Shown: piece by piece, positions 1 to 12,000 of the stretch
Position numbering within the stretch: position 1 is the stretch's first letter
How the letters are laid out: the number at the start of each line of letters is the position of its first letter
From: Candidatus Kaiserbacteria bacterium
Lineage (GTDB): Bacteria; Patescibacteriota; Minisyncoccia; Phycocordibacterales; UBA918
Direction of reading: 5' to 3'
Length of the DNA stretch: 38,398 nt
Assembly (NCBI GenBank): GCA_024653575.1
Contig: JANLIJ010000161.1
Location: 1-38,398, forward strand
Position numbers and translations under genes: made by a program
Notes under the pieces: model-generated
Databases searched by the model: none
Told to the model about the DNA's origin: nothing
Seen by the model: the letters and a program-made list of their open reading frames with translations, nothing else

Positions 1-2
1 GC

Positions 3-3000
3 TTTGATATAACGCAGAGCCCACTCGACATTACAGGAGTTTCGACGACAACCTATAACAATCTCTGTCTCAGGGCAACACTCTCGACAACAAATTCGAG
101 CATTCCAAGTCTCGACGACTGGACGCTCTCTTGGGAGCGGGAGCCATACCTCATACAGGCAGATTATCGTTGGTATGCAAACTCAACATCAACAACACCA
201 ACAGACCCTTGGCCTGTCGGCGCCGTTGACGTTGATGAAGATGAAGCAATTATTACTGCGTCTCCAGGGCTTGGTTCTGTCCTTCGTCTCCGTATGAGTA
301 TTCACGATGAAAACGTAGCGCTCTCAACATCAACCTCTGCATTTAAATTACAGTATGCTTCAAGTACCGATTGTACTGTTGCAACATGGAGTGATGTGGG
401 AGCTATTGGTTCATCAAGTCCAGAATGGCGTGGCTACAATAATGCGGGCATATCCGATGGTGTGACGCTCTCTTCACTCCTTCTCTCCACAACGACTGTG
501 TTGGGGACGTATGAGGAAGCAAATAGCTCAGCGCTCAATCCAAATATAGTTGGTGTAGGAAATGACGTTGAATTTGACTGGGTGCTGGAACACAATGGTC
601 TTGCGGGTACGCAGTATTGTTTTAGGGCAGTTACCTCGGATGGGGTTGAGTTAAATGAATACACAAACTATCCAACACTTACCACAAATGCGAGCCCAAA
701 TCAGCCAACACTTTCAACATTGTTTGATAACGAGAAGACTGCAACGGTGACACCAAATTTCCAATTCTCCGCATCAGACCCTGAGGGAGAGGATCTCTCG
801 TATCAAATACAAATTGATAATGATTATGCCTTTGACTCGACTGTTGCTGACAGAAATACCGTTGATGACGGAACTATGTTTGAAAACCTTGCTACTCCAG
901 CTGACAAAGACCCGTTCAATACCGGTGAGACAATTGAGTTCAGACTATCCTCAGCACTTACTAATGGTGTGACATATTATTGGCGTGTGCGCTCGAAGGA
1001 CCCGAACGGATCAGGTGCGTGGGGAAGTTGGTCTCAGATACGAAGTTTCACTATTGATACTGGACTCACCGCAAGTGCATGGTTCCAGACAACTGATGAG
1101 CAATTTGATACTGATTCGCTTGAAGATACAGAAACAAGTGTTGCTGAGTCTGTCTCACTTTCGGGTGGGTTCACTACGGGTACAACGACCGGTACTGAAG
1201 TTCGTTTCGATTGGGGAACATCAGGTAACGCATGGGACTCATTTACCTTCACTGATGTAGAGGCCTCAAGTGATCTTAAGTATAGAATTCAGTATTACGA
1301 AAATGAAGTGTGGGCAGACATTCCTGATACAGACCTTCCAGGTAACTCGACTGGGTTCGACACTTCCCCCGTAAATCTTCTTGGGTTGGATACAGCGACA
1401 TATAACACGATACGAGTCGTTGCGGTGTTTACCGATGCGGGAGCATCACCGGTACTTCAGGAATGGACTATATATTGGGGTTATAAAATACTTCCTCCCG
1501 ATATCAATATGCTGTTCCCCAATGAGCGACAGGCAACTACAACGCCAGTTCTTGAATTCTTTACCAGTGACCCTCAGGGAGATACGCTCGTGTATCAGGT
1601 GCAGTGGTCAACGACATACAATTTCACAGCGTCAACAACAAGAACCTCAAGTTCAAGTAGTGGTTTCGCAAACATAACGACACCGGCAGATACGAGTCCA
1701 TTTAATTCAGGTGAGCTTATTCAGTACACAATACAGCCAGGGGATGCGCTCACGGACAATGTCACATATTGGTGGCGCGTGCGTGCCGTCGACCCCTTAG
1801 GTTCAAATAATTATTCTGCGTTCACTGACCCACAGAGTTTTACCGTGAGCTCAACGACAAATGTCTCAACATGGTTCCAGACAACGAGTGAGCAGTTTTT
1901 GACTGATTCGCTATCAGGAATAACAACTCTTGCGCAGTCAGCAACTGTCGCAACAACTGCAATTGAGTCGCTCGTTGGGTACGCAGAGGGCACTGCGCCC
2001 GAGCCACGATATAGATTGTGGGATGGTACAGTCTGGGGGTCAGAATTGCAGGCACTCTCCGTAGGCTCAGCAATTACATGGCTTTCAACAAAACCGGGTG
2101 AGACACGAGAAGAATATTTACTCGGGACACTTGGCACAGACGGTGACGTAAATATTCAGGTGTATCAAAATGGGTCGTGGGGAAATTTGCAGGAGATTAC
2201 CACCGGTGTCCCGAACACAACTGCACGCGGGTTTGATATTGCATACGAAAATGTCTCAGGTGATGCAATGGTTGTTTCCTGTGACGGTGACGCTGACCCT
2301 GTATATTACATTTGGGATGGTGCGTGGACACTTGGAGGGACTATCAATCTCAATTCATCAAACAACTGTACGTGGATTCGTCTCATGTCAGACCCAGTCT
2401 CAGATGAGATAATCCTTATGGCTCGGGACAGCAGTGGTCTCTACTATGAACTCTTCGTGTGGAGTGGTTCGTCATGGGGCAACAGTACAACACTTGGTTC
2501 TATGAATGAGGTTGTACACGAGGGGGTTACCGGCTCGTATGAGGAAAGTGGTGCTCAAGCGGTGGTTGTTGCGTCAAATGGTATTAATGCGAGTTTCGTC
2601 TGGAAGGCGTGGGACGGCGCAGTGTGGAGTGCGACGACTACTGTTGCACTCGGTGATGACTTTGAATCGGGAGCACTCGTCTCAGATGTTGGGTCTGATA
2701 ACATGGCGCTCTGTTACGTTGACGAGGACAATGACATCGGTGCGGTACGGTGGACAGGGGCAGGATTTGTCGCCACCGTTGAACTAGAGACAGCGTGGGC
2801 TGCGGGAAGTACGGTAAAAAATGATCGCCCCGTCGATTGTCTCTTTGAGGTTGGTGGAGCTCGTGACGGGTATATTATGGTTGCCTATAGCGACACCACA
2901 AATGTTCGCTATCGGGTTTGGGATGGTGCTGTGTGGGTTGCTGAGGCGAGCGTTTCAACAATTCAGGACTCTGCACGTGTACAACTTCGTCGCACATTTG

Positions 3001-6000
3001 CAAACCTCCCACAGCTTGTTGCGTACGATATGACCAACGACCGCTACGATTATTCAAGCTGGAACGGGGCCACGTGGAGCGTATTTCAAAGTCTTGAGAC
3101 AAACGGCGTCTCAGGAGCGTACCCATACAAAGAGCCGTTCATGATTGCGCCACGCAACCCCGGCTCGACAGGTACCATTGTCGGGAATCCAGGGATTGCC
3201 TTTTACGACGGGGCTGGTCCATATTGGCAGGAACTCAATTGGACTGACTCAGAGCCAAGTGGTTCAACGATTTTGTATCAAGTTGAGTACTATGATGGTG
3301 TTTCGTGGGAACTTGTTCCAGATTCACTCATCCCTAACAATTCCGTCGGTACATCGACTGGCCCTATCAGTCTCATAAATGTATTGCCTGTCTCGACATA
3401 CAATATGATACGTCCCGTTGCCAATCTCAGTTGTAATCTGGGGACCTGTCCGACACTCAGCGACTGGACACTCACATGGTCAGCGGGTATTACTGTCTCA
3501 GGAACAGCGCAACAGTACGATCAATCCGCGAACCTCACCTCCGGAACTGTGGCAGTCGCCATAAATGGTGCGCTTCAAGTGGGAAGAACAGGCACTATTT
3601 CAGGTGGAACGTGGTCTATTGCGAACGTCAACGCTGCTCCTGGGGATGTAATTACAGTATTTATTTCTGGTGTTGCCGATACAAACGAAGCCGTTGCAAA
3701 GGCTCGATATGATGGAGTAGGAGACATGAGTGGGCTCAGACTCTATGAACGACATGTCACCATCGGTTCAAATGATGCGACATCAACACCGTTCACCAAT
3801 ACAGACCTTGGACTGTATGATTACTCAAATAATGAGGACCTATTCTTCAATGCTACAGGAACAGCACTTTCGACGTGCGTTGAGTCTGGCTGTGCTGATG
3901 CAGAGCTTTACATAATGGCGAGTACCACGTATGCCCCTTCAGGTTCACTGACGCTTCATGATATCGAGAACAACGGTACCCTCATTGCTCAAGGAAATAC
4001 GCTCACCGTCTCGGGAAGTTGGGACAATAATGGAACGACGACGATGGGTACATCTACGGTTATATTCACTGCGACATCAACTACAGAGACTATCGATGGT
4101 ACTGGTTCGATTACAAATGCTTTCTACAACGTTACCTTTGGTAACGGAGCTACTACCGCAACATGGACACCGCTCAGTACGCTTGATATCGATAACAACC
4201 TTACTGTCTCAAACGGAACTCTCTCTCGAGATGGGGTGCAAATAACTGTTGGAGGAAATCTTACAACAGGCGCTTCAGGATTCTGGAGCGGTTCTGCAAC
4301 GACAACCTTTGATGGGACAGGAACAAAGAATTGGTCTGACAGCAATGCGATACTTCAGAATGTTGGTAATGTTCATGTCGATGGCACTTCAAAGACAATC
4401 CAACTCACGGGGAATGTGAAAGCACAAAGTGTCACCATCGGTGCAGATGATATTCTTGATGTATCAACGGGGAACTTTGACATAACGGTACTCACTGATT
4501 GGATAAATAACAACACATTTGTTCCTCGAGCAGGCGAGGTCATTTTTGGAGCGACAACGACAAACAGAATAATTACTGCAGGGGGTGACGCATTTTATGA
4601 CCTCACTTTCAATGGAGTGGGCGGTTCGTGGTCCTTTACTGAGGCTGACCTTTCCGTTACAAATGATTTCAGGGTTTCTACGGGAACAGTGACAATGCCG
4701 ACAGGGACAACAACGCTCTCTGGCTCATGGAATTCAGTTGGCGGAACGTTTGCACATAATAATAGTACGCTCCTCATGACCTCAGGTGGTGTAGAAACAA
4801 TTTCTGCGAGCGGAACGCCATTTACCAATAATTTCTACACGCTCGTTTTCAATGGTTTGGGTAGCTGGTCATTCCTTGATACGAGTGCAACAACCTCAAA
4901 TGATTTCCGTATTCAGCAGGGAACAGTCGTGCTCCCACAGACAACACTCTCTGTCTCGGGGAACTTTATGAACACGGGAGGCACCTTCACGCATAACAGT
5001 GGTACCGTTGCATTTACAGGGACAGGAGCAAGAGTTATCGATACAAATGCATCATTCAACAACGTTTTGTTTGGAGGTAGTGGCTCATGGTCATTCTTTG
5101 ATACATCGGTGACGGTACTCGGTTCGTTTGTTGCAACAAACGGTACCGTGACACTGCCTTCCTCCACACTGACTCTTGGCGGTTCGCTCGTAAACACTGC
5201 TGTCATAAACCACAATTCGGGAACAGTTCTTTTCAACTCGAGCGATACAGGAGAAACGATAAATCTCGGCAACTCACCTCTGTACAATGCAATATTTAAC
5301 AGTACTGGAGGAGGGTGGACCATCACAGCACCTGCCACGACAACAAACAACTTTAGCCTGAGTACAACATCGACATTCACACTAGCAAGTGGTCAGACAC
5401 TCGCGGTGCTAGGAACATTTACCAATAATGTTTCAAACGCCTCAACCACATGGGCGGGTTCAACACTCTCACTTGAAGCGGGTAACTACAGTATCAATAG
5501 TAAGACAAATCTAGGAGATACGTACGATACACTCCGAGTGAAGGCAAGCACCGATATTAAAATGTGGAACTCGAGTGCGTCTCTCTACGTGGTGGATGGT
5601 ACCGGTTCGCTCTACTCGCAGGACCATGCAGGGGTCGATGGGGTCCTCTACATCTTCGGTGCGTATGAAAGAATAAGTGGAAATGAATACTGGAGCTACG
5701 CAACTGACTTTGATGGGACTGCGCTCGGAGGAGGCTCACGACAGGTTGATGTGCGTTTTGCAGGTGGAGCGAGCGCTTCATTTACCGATGCCACACTCCA
5801 AATTCTCGGAACCGCAGTTTCCACAACTACAGTCGATAGACAATCAGGAGGACTCTTTGGGATTGTACTCTCCAATTCGACACTCAATGCACAGTATTAC
5901 GACATACGACATCAAAATGAATTAGGTTTACGACTTCTTAATGGTACTACTATTACTTCACTTGCGAATGGCCACTTTACTGTAGATGCAATTGGAGGTT

Positions 6001-9000
6001 CTGCCATTACTGCTTCAAGTAGTACGATTGATTTAAATCCTGGTTTGCAAATTTACAATGTACAATTTGATACTGCGGTAGGTGCTTTAAGTGATCTCAC
6101 AACGGGAGACGGAGAAAACACATTTATTTTCTTTGATGACTTTAATGATGGTTCTATTAATACATCAAAGTGGACTAAAGATGTCGAGCTTGGCTCTATC
6201 ACAGAGACAGGTGGGTATCTACGTGCTGGGGGTGGTATTGCGTCAGGGAATTACGGGCATGTGTCACTTGGTTCTGAAGTTGGCTATGCAAGTTTCTTGG
6301 ACAACTCTGTAGTATGGAGAGCTCGAAACTCAACAAATGGTATTGGTGAACTTGTATTTAGGGGTGACTATGGAACCAATAGAGGATATAAAGCTCGCTT
6401 TGATCAACGGGTTGGGACAAATGGTAACGCATTTCTTGAAACACCATATTCTGGTTGGACTATCTCCAACGGTACCGGTACTTGTACATCAGACAGTTTA
6501 GAGCCAGTAGCAGACCAGTGGTATCGATATGAAGTTACTGCAAGTAGTACAAACTTCATAATGTACAGAGATGGTGCTTCAATGCGAAATTGTACTGACA
6601 ATACATTTGCTCTCGCCGGAGAAATTGCACTTCAAAACCACTATGGTAGTTACACTGATTATGATTGGGTGGGTGTGCGTCCTTTTGTGACACCAGCTCC
6701 GACTAGTACTTCATGGGGTGTCGAAGAAACTGTACGTACTGGACTCTATAGAGAATCACATGTGGTAACAGGTTCTATAATAGGAGCACAAACTGATTAT
6801 GTGCTTCCGATTACAGTAAATTATGGAGCGGGTACAGATGCTGGCTCAACTATGTACTGTGACAGCCTTTGTAACACAAACTTCTCTGATGTTCGGTTTA
6901 CAAATCAAGATGGTAGTCCACTCAGTTATTGGCGAGATGAATCATTTGCAACATCGAGTACTGCTACATTTTGGGTAAAGTTTGACAGTATACCTGCTTC
7001 ACCAGCAACAACGAGTATTTATGCATACTATGGGGATGTCTCTGGATATAACGTCACTCAATCAGACGGCGCTCCAACTTCATATTGGTGGTTCCGTTCA
7101 TCATTGGGGGATATTGATGGGGAATCGTATGATAATGATACCGGCAACCCAGGTTCAATACGTTGGGATGATAGTGCGCTTACCATAAATGTATCGGGTA
7201 CGGTATATAGCGATGATGGTGTAACTCCAATGAGTGGTCCAACATGTAATGATAGTACACAAAATATTCGTATTGTTGTAGAAGGTGGAAGTTCGTATAC
7301 AGGAGACTGTGCTTCAGCTGATGGCACTTTCAGTATCCCTGGAGTTGTGATTGTGGGTGATCCTGTGGTGACTGCGTATCTGGATACAAACGGTGGGGCA
7401 AAGGGGACTACGGTAACACGTACACCAACAGCTGATATAACTGACTTAGATATTCATCAGAATCGAGTCATTACACGCCACGAGGATACGGCACCATTGA
7501 ATATTCTTAATATGGCAGTATACGACTTTGATAATGATAGTGATATCCGGTTTACTGCAGCTACTGGTACACTCACCGTACTTTCTGGCTCTGAGTTACA
7601 CATCGCATCGACCACTACCTTCGCACCTGTGGGAGATATAACCATCAATGCAAATGCGTCGGGGACTGCGTCTGACGGCTCACTCCACCTTGCGCGCAAC
7701 GCCATACTTACTGGATATGCAACTTCGACATATACGATTGGGGGTAGTTTCACCATGGACGAGGGCGCGGTATTCTCCCCAGCTTCGACAACGGTTGTTA
7801 TGAATGCAACAACGACCGGCAAGACAATCACAACGACCGCTTCACAGGAAATATCATTCAGTACACTTGAGTTCAATGGTGCGGGCGGTGGATGGAATAT
7901 CAATGGTGACGTCCGAGCGTATGAGAATATGCTCGTGACACAGGGAACTGTGTCGGGGACTGCTGATGTAACGGTGGTGAACGGTTCTCTTATAGGAGAC
8001 GGTGTGCTTTCGATGGGGGGTGGTACGACAACAATCAACAGTTCAAATACGCTCGGGGGCGCAACAGCCTGGACGTTTGCGAATCTTGTTCTCGGTAATG
8101 CAAGTCTGGTAGGGACGACAACACCTTCAAGTAATGCAACGACAACCATCCTTGGGAAACTCACCATCAGTACCGCACACTTCCTACATGCAGGTGGTTC
8201 ACTCTGGAATTTCGCGGGAACGGGGAACGTATTTACAGAAAATGGAACCTTTATCGAAGGGACAAGTACTGTGCGATACAGCGGTACTGGTGCTACAAAT
8301 ATCCTCAGCACTACGTACCACAATCTTGACCTTAAAGCGCAGGGTGGCTCACCAACATATACAGCCGTAGGTTTGGGCATCGTCGTAAGCAACAATGCCG
8401 TAATCGGAAATGGGACGACGGTGACTTTTGACACCAGTGACCCCGCGCTCGATGTCAATGGTAATCTCTCCATTGAGACGGGAGGTACATTCATTGGAAG
8501 TGGAAGCGCGTCGACGACTATTGCGGGCGATTGGGACAACAATGGCACCTTTACTGCAAGTGGAGGAACCATTGTGTTTGATGGGGCCAGTGCATCAAAT
8601 ATTTATGCAGGGAACTCATCTTTCAGCAACGTGCGATTCAATGGCATAGGAACATTCACGGTTGCAGAGCACGCAACTGCAACAGTGTCACTTATGCTCC
8701 GAAATGCAGGCTCGTTTACACTCTCAAGTGGGCAGACACTTGCGGTGGATGGTACATTCACCAATGAAATTGGTGGAGCTGGCACTACATGGACAGGAAG
8801 CACACTCTCGCTCTACGGTGGTGGTAATTATGCAATTAACGCGTCAACAACCAGTGATATCTATAATGTATTGAACGTTCGCACAAATACACAGATTCGC
8901 ATGTGGAACAGTAGCGCAAGTACGTACGACGTACATACTTCTGGCTCGCTCTACTCACAGGATCATGCAAATGTAACTGGTGATTTGTATATCTTCGGTG

Positions 9001-12000
9001 CGTACACAAAGAGCGCGGGGACTGATTACTGGAGTCACGCAACTGATTTTGACGGTTCCATTCTTGGTTCTCCACGAAACGTGGATGTGTATGTTGCGGG
9101 TGGCGGAAGCATCCTCTATACGGGGGGAGGACTCTCGGTTGTTGGTGACGCAAGCGCTAGTACAACGATACAAAATCAGGGAAGCGGAACGTATACATTC
9201 CGTATTGGTGGCAATGCATCGACGACGTGGTCATATTACCAAATCAGCAACACTGACTCTTCTGGACTCGTGTTCAGCGGTACACCGACAGTCGTGACAC
9301 TCTCACACGGTGATTTCGATGTCACACAGAACTCAGGTACCGCACTCACGGTGGGTGGTACAGTTATGACACAAAATCCTGCAAGGACATTTACAAATAA
9401 TTCCTTTGCAACATCGACAGGTGTCGGTCCTGCGTATAACGTCACTGCAACGGGTACGACTGTTAGCTCGTGGAGATTTACAAACCATACAGGTACCATT
9501 GATGGTGAAGCGTTTGACGTAGACCCAACGGGTGATCCGGGGTATGTCGTGTGGGATGACTCCGCTGCAAACATCACCGTCTCTGGTATTGTGTATAGTG
9601 ATGAAGGGACTACTCCAATGGGTGCTTCAGTCTGCGATGGCGGAACACAGAGTATTCATCTTCGAGTAGGCGGACTCACTTCATATACTGGTTCCTGTAA
9701 CGGTTCGGGAGCATACTCAATTTCAGGCGTTCTGTATAGTCCTGGAGATTCTCTCATTGTCTATATCGATGGGGAAACAGAGAAAGCCGCGACCGTTACT
9801 GAAGATCCTATTTCAAGCATCGGCAACATGGACCTCTACGAAAATAGAGTCATTGTGCGTCACGAGGGGACTGACCCACTCTCGATAGTTGATATGTCTC
9901 TCTGGGATTCTTCGGATGATGCTGATATTCCATTTACTGCAGTGGATGGGTCTCCAGACACATTGACAGTCCCTGCAAACCGTAAACTTATTGTGTGGGG
10001 GAGTAAGGAATTTGAGCCGAACGGTAACGTAACCGTTTCTGGTGGTGGTGGAGGTTCGGCGTATGACGGTACGCTTGAGCTCTATTCAAGCGCAATCTTT
10101 GACGCGACTGGAAGTGAGACGCACACAATCGGAGGAAGTCTCATTGCTGGTGTTGGGGCAAGTATTGATGACGAGACTTCGACATTCACTTTCACCACAA
10201 CAGGAGGTGCTCGAACTATCGATACAAACGAGTATTCATTCTACAATGCAGTGTTTAATGGTTCAGGAAGTTGGACAATTACAAATACTGCACTTGATGT
10301 TGGTAATGACCTTACCATCACACAGGGTGCAGTAACGCTTCCAAGTGGGACAACGACCATCACCGGCACGCTCTCGGTAACTTCAGGGTCATTCAATGCA
10401 AATGGTGGAAATATGCTGTTCAACTCAGCGACAGCTGAGACAATTACTGCGAGTACCTCTGCATTCAATACACTCACCATCAATGGTGCTGGAAGCTTTG
10501 CCCTTCAAGGCACACATGCGACCGCAACCTCGCGAGTACGAATTGAAAATGGAACATTCACGAGTGTATCGGGTACATTCACGGTTGGTGAGAACTTTAT
10601 CAATGACGGTACGTTTGCCCATAACAGTGGCACCCTACGAATGACGTCTGCTGGTACGGCGGTGCTTACAGCAAGCAGTTCGGATCTTGGGAGTGTCATC
10701 TTTAGTGGAGGAGGCGCGTATTCATTTACTGATGAGGATGTTGCACTTTTGGGCTCACTGACAATTCAAAGTGGTGCAGTAGCGATGGCATCAGGTACTA
10801 TGTCTATCGGGGGGTCATTCGTAAATTCTGGAGGTACATTTACTCACGCAACTGGCACAGTCCTCTTTAATTCAAGCGATGTGGGTGAAACGATTAATTC
10901 AGGTGTGTCAACGTTCAACTCTGTTTCATTCGCAAGTGCGAGTGGCGGATGGACTATTACAAATAATGCGACAACGACAGGGAACTTCTCACTCGTGAGT
11001 GCCACTAGCTTCGCGGTAAGTTCAAGTACTCGACTTGCGGTGCAGGGTGTGTTCACCAACCTTGTGGGCGGAGGCGCAACTACGTGGACAGGGAGTACGC
11101 TCGCAATTAATTCAGGAGTCTCATATACCATAAACACGAAAACAAGTGGTGGAGATACCTACAACACGGTGCTTATCTCATCGAGTACCGCGCTCCGTGC
11201 GTGGGACAGTGCCGGTTCCATCGCCGTTATGGATGCAAACTCATCGTTCTACTCGCAGGACCATGCGGGAGTGAGTGGTTCACTCTATATCTTTGGTAAC
11301 TACGTACGAAGAACAGGTGCTGATTATTGGAGTTATGCAACTGATTTTGATGGTACGGCACTCGGGGGCTCCTCTCGTCAGGCGTTTGTTTATATGGCAA
11401 ATGGTGCAACGACAACACTTACAGGCGGTAGTCTTGATATTGTTGGAACTGCAGGTTTTGATACGACAATAAACAATCAGGGGTCAGGTACATATGGAGT
11501 GAACATTATGGGGGGTACACTCAACGCCCAGTATTATAGTTTCACAAATATGGGAGCTGAAGGTCTTACTCTATCAGGCACCACCACAATCACCTCACTT
11601 ACTGAAGGTAACTTCACGCTTGCGCAGAATGGTGGTTCGCTCATCACACTCTCATCGACAACGCTCAATCACAACGCGGGGCTTGTCGTTACTGGTGCAT
11701 CATTTGCAACGACATCTGCGATTACTGGCTATAACATAAATCTTGTTGGCACAACACCAAGTGCGTGGACGTTTGTAAGTCATACCGGCAACCTCAGTGG
11801 GGAAGCATTCGACAATGATGGGGGTGATGACTGTGGTTCTCTCAGGTGGAGTAACAGCACCTGTCTCCTTACACAGCAATCGGGATATCGGTGGAGGAAC
11901 GATGACGGGGGTGAAGGTGTCCCTAACTCTGAGTGGTTTGATTTGGATTGGGGCAAACGCAAGCGAGTTACCGTTACAAACGCTGATGCTATTGCATACA

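Noticed and set aside
294-296. ATG 294 as the start of the giant protein
   Set aside because: The frame is open upstream to the window edge with homologous domain sequence, and no signal peptide follows this Met.
7457-8572. 371-aa minus-strand ORF and the many other short overlapping ORFs (for example 31280-31915, 4913-5380, 29064-29543)
   Set aside because: They are antisense or off-frame shadows of long + strand genes. The V/P/S-rich translations mirror Thr/Gly codons and show no recognisable motifs.
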